NCBI GenBank assembly: GCA_934613415.1 | Contig: CAKTSY010000001.1 | Coordinates: 120,001 to 152,000, forward strand | Length of the DNA: 32,000 nucleotides | Source: an uncultured Opitutales bacterium | GTDB lineage: Bacteria; Verrucomicrobiota; Verrucomicrobiia; Opitutales; Intestinicryptomonadaceae | Direction of reading: 5' to 3' | Shown here: one piece after another, positions 16,060 through 23,890 of the stretch | Layout of the letters: the number at the start of each line of letters is the position of its first letter | Position numbering within the stretch: position 1 is the first letter of the stretch | Translations under genes and position numbers: made by a program | Notes under the pieces: generated by a model | The model's database searches: none | Told to the model about the DNA's origin: nothing | The model's input: the letters and a program-made list of their open reading frames with translations, nothing else

Positions 16060-18288
16060 ATGTCGTTTTTTTCTAAAAACAAAAAGCCCCTTTTAAAGTG
16101 CTCTATTGCACACGAAATTTCGGGGCGCGTAAGGATAACCTGCAACGCGTTTAAATATGTCGGAACCGGCGACGACAAAGAACACTTGGCTGGCCACTTT
16201 AAACTTTTAGAGGGCGTTGTTTCTGCAAGAATAAACCCCTATGCAAAATCGCTTGTTCTTGTATACGACGAATCTAAAAACGATTCGAAACGCCTGTTGG
16301 TTTCGGTAGAGGAAATTGTGGCGGCGCACTCGCTCGGCATTTTGCAAAGAGAGCGCGAAGAGCAAAACAAGCTGCTTGTTCAAGAGCGCGATTTGCACGA
16401 AGAACCACTTTCTACGCTGATAACGCGCAGCGCGGTTTCGGCGGCAATGCTGTTTGGGGTATGGCTTTTAAAGTCGCCGGTGCCTGCAACTTTAAGGGGC
16501 AGGCTTTTCGGGTTCCCCGGCCTTGGCGCAATGTCGCTTGCGCTGCCCTTGTTTAAAAGTGGGCTAAAGGCGTTTAAACGCTCTATGCTACCCAATGCCG
16601 ACACTTTAAGCGCGTTGGCGGTGCTTTCTAGTGTATTATCTGGCAAGGCGGCCTCGGCGTTAACTGTTTTGTTTTTGCACGACTTTGCCGAATCTATGAC
16701 GGTTTACACAATGAACCGCACGCGCAACGCCATAAGAGATATGCTTTCGGTAGAAAACGAAACCGTTTGGCACCCCTACAACAACAAAATAGGCAATCCG
16801 CTTCAAAAAATTTCGGCAAAAGAGCTTAAAAAAGGCGACATAATTGTAGTCCATTCGGGCGAAAAGATTTGCGCCGACGGCGTTGTTCTTTCGGGTCGCG
16901 CCGTTATAAATCAGGCGTCTATTACGGGCGAATTTGAACCCGTTTCGCGCGAGAAAGGCGGCAAAGTTTTTGCTGGAACGCTTGTGGTAGACGGCACAAT
17001 TACCTGCGTTGCCGAATCTGCTGGGGCAGATACTACCGTATCTAAAATAATAAAGATGGTAGAAGACGCAGGCGGCAAAAAGGCCCTTGTGCAAAACTAT
17101 GCCGACAAGTTTTCGTCGGCGCTAGTTCCCCTAAACATATTCCTTTCGGGCTTGGTATATGCCGTAACGCGCGACGTAAACAGGGCGTTGAATATGCTTA
17201 TTATAGACTATTCTTGCGGCATAAAGCTTTCTACGGCGGCAGCCCTTTCGGCGGCAATAAACACCGCGGCGCGCCAGGGCGTGCTTATAAAGGGAAGCGG
17301 CGTAATAGAGGCAATGAGCCACGCCGACACTTTAATTTTAGACAAAACCGGAACTCTTACCGAGGGCAAGCCGCAGGTTGAAAGCGTTGTTCCCCTTTCT
17401 GGCAAATACTCGCAAAACGAGGTTGTTTCGTTTGCGGCTGCAGCCGAAGAAACATCTAAACACCCGATGGCTTCGGCAATTCTTGCAAAGGCCCAACGCG
17501 ACATTATTGCAATTCCCCACCACGGCGATATAGAAACCGTTGTGGGCCGCGGCGTATACACCACCGCAAACGGCGCAATAATACGCGTGGGCAACAAACG
17601 CTTTTTAAACGAATGCGGCATACACACCCACCCTATGCGCGACCAGGCTTCGGCACTTTTTGCAAAGGGCGAAAACGTGGTTTTCGTTTCGAAAGGCAAC
17701 GAAATTGCCGGCTTAATAGGCATAAGAGACCCCTTGCGCGAGAATATGAAAAAGGCGTTAAACCGCCTGCGCACCGTTGGGGTAGACGATATTGTTCTTC
17801 TTACGGGCGACTTAGAGCAACAAGCCGACGTTGTTGCCCGAAGGCTTGGCGTAGACAGCTACGAATACGAGCTTTTGCCCGAAGATAAGGCAAAAGTGGT
17901 TCTCAGAATGCAGTCGCGCGGCAACAAGGTTGTTATGGTTGGCGACGGCATTAACGACGCCCCCGCCCTTGCCTATGCCGATGTGGGCATAGCTTTGGGC
18001 AAAACTCGCACAGATGCGGCAATGGAGGCAGCCGACATTACAATTGCAGGCGACAACGCGCTTATGCTGCCCGGCATATACGGGCTTTCGAAATATACAA
18101 TGGACATTGTGCGCCAAAACCTCTATGCTTCGGTTGGCATAAACACACTCGGTTTGGCGTTGGGTGCATTGGGCACCATACCCGTAATATTCGGGGCTGT
18201 AATGCACAACTCGTCCACAATTTTAGTTGTTGCAAATTCTCTGCGAATACTCTTTTATGATATGGGAAAAGCACCTACTCTAAAATAA
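16060..18288 (+). CDS. P1B-like (heavy-metal-type) P-type ATPase with N-terminal cysteine-less HMA-like domain and non-canonical S-C-G transmembrane motif
   Basis: 742 aa. Motifs present: A-domain TGEFEP, phosphorylation site LILDKTGTLTEG (D428), N-domain SKHPMASAI (the P1B H-P motif), hinge VGDGINDAPALAYADVGIALG, and C-terminal TM AVMHNSSTILVVANSLRIL. The N-terminus CSIAHEISGRVRITC...VVSARINPYAKSLVLVYDE repeats the motif of the two upstream proteins. Where P1B pumps carry CPC/SPC/CPH, this protein reads LIIDYSCGIKLST (codons 17212-17220). Confidence 0.88.
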   Translation: MSFFSKNKKPLLKCSIAHEISGRVRITCNAFKYVGTGDDKEHLAGHFKLLEGVVSARINPYAKSLVLVYDESKNDSKRLLVSVEEIVAAHSLGILQREREEQNKLLVQERDLHEEPLSTLITRSAVSAAMLFGVWLLKSPVPATLRGRLFGFPGLGAMSLALPLFKSGLKAFKRSMLPNADTLSALAVLSSVLSGKAASALTVLFLHDFAESMTVYTMNRTRNAIRDMLSVENETVWHPYNNKIGNPLQKISAKELKKGDIIVVHSGEKICADGVVLSGRAVINQASITGEFEPVSREKGGKVFAGTLVVDGTITCVAESAGADTTVSKIIKMVEDAGGKKALVQNYADKFSSALVPLNIFLSGLVYAVTRDVNRALNMLIIDYSCGIKLSTAAALSAAINTAARQGVLIKGSGVIEAMSHADTLILDKTGTLTEGKPQVESVVPLSGKYSQNEVVSFAAAAEETSKHPMASAILAKAQRDIIAIPHHGDIETVVGRGVYTTANGAIIRVGNKRFLNECGIHTHPMRDQASALFAKGENVVFVSKGNEIAGLIGIRDPLRENMKKALNRLRTVGVDDIVLLTGDLEQQADVVARRLGVDSYEYELLPEDKAKVVLRMQSRGNKVVMVGDGINDAPALAYADVGIALGKTRTDAAMEAADITIAGDNALMLPGIYGLSKYTMDIVRQNLYASVGINTLGLALGALGTIPVIFGAVMHNSSTILVVANSLRILFYDMGKAPTLK

Positions 18289-18312
18289 TTTTTTCACGAA
18301 AGGAAATCTATT

Positions 18313-18621
18313 ATGACAAGAGATTACATATTGGGCGCCGCTTTGGGCGTAGGTTTGGCCGCAACGGGCTTCTATCTATACAAGAAGAACCAAAATAAGA
18401 TAGACGATATTTTGCGTTCGCACGGTATGGACATTCCCGTAAACGAAAACAAGGCTCTCGACTCGATGTCGATTGAAGAACTCGCTTCGATGAAGGAAAA
18501 GATTGAAGACCTTATCGCCGAAAGGGAGCTTGCCGCAAAGGAACAGTCTCAGGAAGAAAAGCCCAAGGCTAAGGCGAAAAAGTCGCGCAGTGCCGCCCCA
18601 AAGGCGCAACCTGCAGCGTAA
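18313..18621 (+). CDS. small single-pass membrane protein with acidic coiled-coil and Lys/Ala-rich tail
   Basis: 102 aa, with an AAGGAAA Shine-Dalgarno sequence 7 nt upstream. It has an N-terminal TM helix (ILGAALGVGLAATGFYLY). This is followed by SIEELASMKEKIEDLIAERELAAKEQSQEE and then KPKAKAKKSRSAAPKAQPAA. It is the last gene of the ATPase module. Confidence 0.6.
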   Translation: MTRDYILGAALGVGLAATGFYLYKKNQNKIDDILRSHGMDIPVNENKALDSMSIEELASMKEKIEDLIAERELAAKEQSQEEKPKAKAKKSRSAAPKAQPAA

Positions 18622-18642
18622 AGCATAAAAAACTTTAAACAC

Positions 18643-18682
18643 AAAAAAACGGAGCAAAGCTAAACGCTTGCCCCGTTTTTTT
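18643..18682. terminator. bidirectional rho-independent terminator between convergent ATPase module and GT8 genes
   Basis: AAAAAAACGGAGCAA...TTGCCCCGTTTTTTT. The stem is AACGG(A)GCAA/TTGC(C)CCGTT, flanked by an A-run on one side and a T-run on the other. Confidence 0.6.
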
Positions 18683-18701
18683 ATGCAAAAATTTAGGCAA
18701 T

Positions 18702-19628
18702 TTATTTCCTTTGTCTTAGGTGTTTTACAGCAAAACACAAAACAACATTGTGCCAGAAGTAATGCCTAAACAAAATTACGGGCTTGCGCGCAAACCTTTT
18801 GGCAAACAATCGCAAAAATATAGCCGTTCTACTTTTTGTATATTCGCATTTTAAATATTTTGTAAAATAGCCGTTTAAGGGGTTTAGCCAGCCAAAATCT
18901 ACATTCCACGGCTTAAAGCGGTTTACAAAATGTATTATTTTCGGCTTTGAAAAGGCTTTGCAAAATTCGCCGCTTTCGTAGCACGACTCCTCCAAAAAAG
19001 GAGGCACATACTGCACATTGTAGCGCAAATCAAGTTCCAGATATTCGTCTTTTAAAACCAAATTCAAAACCGATTGGTCGAACAAGCGCAAATTGTTTGG
19101 CGATTTTGCCAAGAAATCGAAAAGCCTTTTGCACACGTTTTTTTGCCGCCAATAATTTAGGTTTATAAGCAAAACGCCCGCGTTAAAGTAGTGGTAGTCT
19201 AGCCCAAGCCCTATTCTTTTGTCGAATTTTTTGTATATGCAGTCTTTTACGGCAGCTACCGCGTAATTGTCTAAATTTATATCTGCCAATTCCGAAATAT
19301 CGTCGGCAATAGCTATGTCGCAATCCAAATACAAAACCCTTTTTACGCTATCGGGCAAAAGCTCGGCTATTGCAAACCTATACCAGGTAGAAACCGTTAT
19401 GTAGCCGTTCGCGGGAAAGCCCCTAAACATATCTTCGTTTATTTTTACAAATTCTACATTGCCGCAAGTGTTTTTAAGCATTGCCTTGCTGTTTTCCGAC
19501 AATCCGCCGTCTAAAATCCAAAACCGCAGGGGTATTTTGCAGCGGTCTATTGCGCTTTGCATTACAACTTTTGCATATTTAGCATAGTTGTCGTCGGGGG
19601 CCAATGCTATATCTAAAAAAGGCGGCAT
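18702..19628 (-). CDS. glycosyltransferase family 8 (LPS/LOS-type retaining hexosyltransferase)
   Basis: DIALAPDDNYAKYAKVVMQS...VLYLDCDIAIADDISEL (DxD)...YFNAGVLLINLNYWR...IIHFVNRFKPW is the GT8 pattern seen in RfaI/RfaJ/LgtC-like enzymes. Confidence 0.8.
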   Translation of the reverse strand: MPPFLDIALAPDDNYAKYAKVVMQSAIDRCKIPLRFWILDGGLSENSKAMLKNTCGNVEFVKINEDMFRGFPANGYITVSTWYRFAIAELLPDSVKRVLYLDCDIAIADDISELADINLDNYAVAAVKDCIYKKFDKRIGLGLDYHYFNAGVLLINLNYWRQKNVCKRLFDFLAKSPNNLRLFDQSVLNLVLKDEYLELDLRYNVQYVPPFLEESCYESGEFCKAFSKPKIIHFVNRFKPWNVDFGWLNPLNGYFTKYLKCEYTKSRTAIFLRLFAKRFARKPVILFRHYFWHNVVLCFAVKHLRQRK

Positions 19629-19631
19629 TTT

Positions 19632-20588
19632 TTATAAAAACTTACGTTTATTTTGGGCGTATAACCTGCGCATTTTTAGATAATATGGCCGCACAAAGAA
19701 AAAAAGGTGCCATTTAAAGTACCAAACAAAGTTCTTTATGCCGTTAAAATTGCGCAATATTTGCTCTTTTTTGTCGGCATAATTTGTTTTGCCCAAATAG
19801 TAAAAATATGTGCAAGCCCACGGATGCGCGGTTAACCCGTACGGGATTTTCCAAGGCTTGTCTGGCCCTGTAAAATGCACTACAACGGGGTTATATACGG
19901 CTTCGTTTATATCCTTACTGCTCGCGCTTTTAAGCAAAACTTTTTTTCTGAACAAAGGCGAAATTGCGCCGAATTTTGGCGGCAAAAACAAAGCCGTGTT
20001 TGCATATAAAATATTAAGCACGTCTTGGTCTAGATATTTAATAGAACCGCTCAATTCCAAAGTTTTTTGCACAAGCTTTAATGCCGAAGTTTCCTCTCTT
20101 AGCTTTTTTATGTTTGATAGCAAAACGCCCGCATTAAAATAATTTTTAAGCCCCCACTTTTTGTAGTATCGTTCCGAAATCGTATCCTCTACGGCGGCCA
20201 GCGGGGCGTCTTTTAAATCTATGTCGAACAATTCCTCGATATCGCCCAAAACAACTATGTCGCAATCCAAATAAATGCCCTTTTCGTAGTCGTAGTCTAG
20301 CTGGGGTATAAAATATCTATAGCAGGTGGCAATTGAAATATGCTTAGACTTAACGCTAACGTCTTTTACGGCGTCGGCATATGGCTTTATAGAAACAAAG
20401 TCTACCCTTGCGGTTTTTGCCGAATCGGCAATATTTTTTTTGGAACTATCCGAAAGTGCCGCACTTAAAATAATAAAATGCAAATTAGCCTTTGTATTGC
20501 AGCAAATAGACGCCATAACAACGCTTAATTGCGCCGCGTAGTTGTCGTCGCAGCACATATATATTGGAATGGTTTTGCCGTCGCTCAT
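19632..20588 (-). CDS. glycosyltransferase family 8, tandem paralogue
   Basis: IPIYMCCDDNYAAQLSVVMASI...GIYLDCDIVVLGDIEELF (DxD)...YFNAGVLLSNIKKLRE...VVHFTGPDKPW. The stop lies 3 nt before the downstream GT8 start. Confidence 0.8.
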   Translation of the reverse strand: MSDGKTIPIYMCCDDNYAAQLSVVMASICCNTKANLHFIILSAALSDSSKKNIADSAKTARVDFVSIKPYADAVKDVSVKSKHISIATCYRYFIPQLDYDYEKGIYLDCDIVVLGDIEELFDIDLKDAPLAAVEDTISERYYKKWGLKNYFNAGVLLSNIKKLREETSALKLVQKTLELSGSIKYLDQDVLNILYANTALFLPPKFGAISPLFRKKVLLKSASSKDINEAVYNPVVVHFTGPDKPWKIPYGLTAHPWACTYFYYLGKTNYADKKEQILRNFNGIKNFVWYFKWHLFFFVRPYYLKMRRLYAQNKRKFL

Positions 20589-20745
20589 TTACCGCAATAT
20601 ATGTACTAAAATACCCAGTTTTAAGTCAATTCAAAAAAAAAGAAAACTTCAAAGGGTTTTAGATAAATGTTCTTGGCAAATTCCGCAATTTGTAATAGCA
20701 AATTTACCCTAAAACTTTATACAATAATTTTTATATTAAATTTAT

Positions 20746-21669
20746 ATGAAGAAAATAGCACTTTTAGCCCTTTCTTTGACGTTTGCCGCATTTGCATTTG
20801 CAAATCTGCCCGAAAATTTCGACACACTAAACAAAAAATATAACCCGCAGCTTATTTGGCCCGAAGGCAAAATGCCCGCCAATTCGCCCGAGGCGTTGGG
20901 CGCCGCAAAAAAGCTTAACCAGCGCAAAAACGTTATAAACAAGCCCCACTATTCGCTTAAATTGCAAAAGTCCGAAAAGCCCTCCACCCTTGTTATTGTA
21001 GTTCACGGCGGCGCGTATAGGGGCTGCGGCATTGTCTGCGAAGAAGGAACCATGACGGCAAACGCCTTTTACGAACAAGGCTATAGCACGCTTACGCTAG
21101 ACTATCGCGCACCCGACAACCCGCAAGGGGCTTTGCAGGATATGCAAAGAACGATAAGGCTAGCCCGCGCAAATGCAAAAAAATGGAATATAGATAAAAT
21201 TGTAGCCATTGGCTTTAGCGCAGGCGCAAACTTAGTAGCTCGTTCCAGCGCGCCCATAACCTTAAATAGTTATCAAAAAGTAGACGAAATAGACAATTTA
21301 AGCCCCGTGCAAGATGCCACAATTTTGATATACCCTGCCTACTGCGACCAGCCCACAAACGAGCTGCGCTGGAAAAATATAAAGCCAACCCATAAAGATT
21401 ATAATTTGCGCTACGCATTGGCAGAAAACCTTAAAATAACAAAAAATACCCCGCCAGTTTTTATGTACGAAATGCTAGACGATTCGCACATAACTTCGGC
21501 AATAGCGTATTTTTTGGCGGCAAAAGACGCTGGCGTTGAAGCGGAACTTCACGTTAAGCCAAAGGGTGGCCACGGCGGCGGAATGAACTTCCGCAAAGGG
21601 CCCGACCCCATAAGGCTGCAGCTTTGTGTAGACTGGCTAGACAGAATGAATTTTCCCCGCAACAAATAG
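20746..21669 (+). CDS. secreted alpha/beta-hydrolase esterase (carbohydrate-esterase-like)
   Basis: Signal peptide MKKIALLALSLTFAAFAFA. VIVVHGGAYRG forms the oxyanion HGG motif, and VAIGFSAGANL is the G-x-S-x-G nucleophile elbow. A C-terminal GGHG may supply the His region. Confidence 0.7.
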   Translation: MKKIALLALSLTFAAFAFANLPENFDTLNKKYNPQLIWPEGKMPANSPEALGAAKKLNQRKNVINKPHYSLKLQKSEKPSTLVIVVHGGAYRGCGIVCEEGTMTANAFYEQGYSTLTLDYRAPDNPQGALQDMQRTIRLARANAKKWNIDKIVAIGFSAGANLVARSSAPITLNSYQKVDEIDNLSPVQDATILIYPAYCDQPTNELRWKNIKPTHKDYNLRYALAENLKITKNTPPVFMYEMLDDSHITSAIAYFLAAKDAGVEAELHVKPKGGHGGGMNFRKGPDPIRLQLCVDWLDRMNFPRNK

Positions 21670-21693
21670 AATTTAAACTTAAAAAATACACAT

Positions 21694-23694
21694 ATGAAAA
21701 AACTAACATCACTACTTGCATTGTTTGCACTGTTTGCAGGCACAGTCCATGCCGCCGACTATTCGGTTCAGTCGCCCGACGGCCGCCTGCAAGCCGTTTT
21801 AAAATCCGACAAAGAAATAAGCTTTTCGCTTCTCTACAAAGGCAAACCGCTTTTCGAGAATGCGAAAATTGCAATGGATACCGACAAAGGCTCTTTGGGC
21901 GAAAAGTCCGAATTAAAATCGGTTAAAAGCGTTTCAAACGATTCCGAAATAGAAGTCCCTTTCGGCATAGTTTCGAAATTGCGAGATAACTACAATCAAA
22001 TAGACGCCGACTTCGGAACATTTAAGATAATATTCCGCGCCTACAACGATGCCGTTGCCTACCGCATTGTATCGAATTTGGGAAAAGAAAAGATGAAGGT
22101 GCTTTCGGAAACATTGGATATAAATCTCCCCGAAAAGACACCAATTATAGGCATGCTCGAAAATAATGCAATGAGCTCGTACGAACGCCTGTTTAGCCGC
22201 ATAAACAGCTCGGAAAACGACAAACAGCTTTTGTTGCCGGTAATTGTAAAAACCAAAGAAGCCTCGTTTGCGGTAGTCGAAAGCGATGTAAATTCATACC
22301 CAATGCTCAGGTTTAAGGTAAAAGACGGCCTTAAATCTACATTTGTAAAACACCCAAAAAATTTGGTAAAGGCATCGAACTTTATGGTAAAACACGGCGA
22401 ATTCGACGACTTTACCGCCCAAACAGATGCCACCCGCAGTTTCCCGTGGCGAGCCTTTGTTGTTGCCGAAAACGACGCCGATTTTTCCGTAAACAACACC
22501 GTGTTTAAATTGGCAGAACCTTCGCGCTTAAGCGACATTTCGTGGGTAACAACCGGAACTTGCGCTTGGGAATGGTGGAACAACTGGAGCCTTGAAAATG
22601 TAGACTTTAAAACTGGCGTTAACGAAGAAACCTACATTCGCTACATAGACTTTGCCGCGAAATACAAGATTCCCTATATATTGTTCGACGCAGGCTGGCT
22701 TGTGGGCGAAGATGTGGGCAAAATGGGCAGCGATGTGCACGAAATGGCGATTTCGGGCAAGCCATTTTTGAATGTTAAAAAGTTGATAGGCTATGCGCAA
22801 AAAAAGAATGTTAAAGTTGTTTTGTGGTGCTTGGGCCAATCCTTAAACTTGTACGGCGAGAAGGCAATCCCCCTAATGAAAAGCTGGGGTGCCGACGGCC
22901 TTAAAATAGACTTTTTCGACCGAGACGACCAAACAGCAATGGATTTGTATTACCGCCTTGCCCAAATTGCCGCCGACAACAAAATGGTTATAGACTTTCA
23001 CGGCTGCGCAAAGCCCGCGGGCTTAAACAGAACATTCCCGAACGTAATAAATTTTGAAGGCGTTTTGGGTCTTGAAATGAACAAATCTAAAAGACAGCCT
23101 GCAACGCCATCGCACAACGTAGACTTGGTTATGACAAGAATGTTGCAAGGACCTATGGATTACACCCCCGGAGCCATAAACAACGTAAAAGAAAAATACT
23201 ACACGCACAATTCCGACTCGCCCGCCTCGATAGGAACAAGGGCGCACCAGGGCGCGTTGTATACCCTCTTTTACGCCCCCTTGCAAATGTTGTGCGACAG
23301 CCCGACCCAATACGAAAAGTACCCGCAATTTACCTCGTTTATTGCGTCTACCCCCACAATTTGGGACGAATCTAAACCCGTATGCGCAAAGCTTGGCGAA
23401 TATGTTGTTGTTGCGCGCAAAAAAGGCGAAGTTTGGTATATTGCCGGCATTTGCGCGGGCAAAGAAAAGGAAATTCAGCTGGATTTGTCGAAATTTATGC
23501 CCAATAAAAGCTATGCTATAGAAGCTATGCTCGACAGCGTTAACTCCGACAAAACCCCAACCGACGCCAAAATAGGCAAAATAGACGCCCCCAAAGACGG
23601 CAAACTTACCGTTAAAATGGCAAAAGACGGCGGCTTTGTTATAAAGCTTATTCCTCTAAAGGGCTTTTCGAAATTTGTTAACCAAATATTTTAA
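21694..23694 (+). CDS. glycoside hydrolase family 97 (alpha-glucosidase/alpha-galactosidase type), secreted
   Basis: Signal peptide MKKLTSLLALFALFAGTVHA, followed by the SPDGRLQAVL start typical of GH97. WGADGLKIDFFDRDDQ and VIDFHGCAKPAGLNRTFPNVINFEGVLGLE match GH97 catalytic-barrel signatures. Confidence 0.85.
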   Translation: MKKLTSLLALFALFAGTVHAADYSVQSPDGRLQAVLKSDKEISFSLLYKGKPLFENAKIAMDTDKGSLGEKSELKSVKSVSNDSEIEVPFGIVSKLRDNYNQIDADFGTFKIIFRAYNDAVAYRIVSNLGKEKMKVLSETLDINLPEKTPIIGMLENNAMSSYERLFSRINSSENDKQLLLPVIVKTKEASFAVVESDVNSYPMLRFKVKDGLKSTFVKHPKNLVKASNFMVKHGEFDDFTAQTDATRSFPWRAFVVAENDADFSVNNTVFKLAEPSRLSDISWVTTGTCAWEWWNNWSLENVDFKTGVNEETYIRYIDFAAKYKIPYILFDAGWLVGEDVGKMGSDVHEMAISGKPFLNVKKLIGYAQKKNVKVVLWCLGQSLNLYGEKAIPLMKSWGADGLKIDFFDRDDQTAMDLYYRLAQIAADNKMVIDFHGCAKPAGLNRTFPNVINFEGVLGLEMNKSKRQPATPSHNVDLVMTRMLQGPMDYTPGAINNVKEKYYTHNSDSPASIGTRAHQGALYTLFYAPLQMLCDSPTQYEKYPQFTSFIASTPTIWDESKPVCAKLGEYVVVARKKGEVWYIAGICAGKEKEIQLDLSKFMPNKSYAIEAMLDSVNSDKTPTDAKIGKIDAPKDGKLTVKMAKDGGFVIKLIPLKGFSKFVNQIF

Positions 23695-23730
23695 TTCGGC
23701 AAACTAGCCCTTAAACATAGGGCTGGCATT

Positions 23731-23770
23731 GGGCGCATTCGCTTTTCTTGGCGGTGCGCCCTTTTCTTTT
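23731..23770 (+). terminator. rho-independent terminator after GH97 gene
   Basis: GGGCGCA(T)TCGC-ttttcttg-GCGG-TGCGCCC followed by TTTTCTTTT. Confidence 0.6.
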
Positions 23771-23838
23771 CTCCTAATACGTTTGACAAAAGCAAAAGAA
23801 TAAAATCTAATAAAAAGCTTATATTATTATAACAATGT

Positions 23839-23868
23839 TTGCGCCCAATTTTGCGCCGATATTGCGAC
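23839..23868 (+). promoter_or_regulatory. three phased direct repeats TTGCG(C/A)C upstream of Na/Pi cotransporter gene
   Basis: TTGCGCC at 23839-23845, TTGCGCC at 23851-23857 and TTGCGAC at 23862-23868. The spacings of 12 and 11 bp are about one helical turn each. The last repeat ends 22 nt before the ATG at 23891. Confidence 0.35.
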
Positions 23869-23890
23869 AATACCCCCAAAAACAACATAT

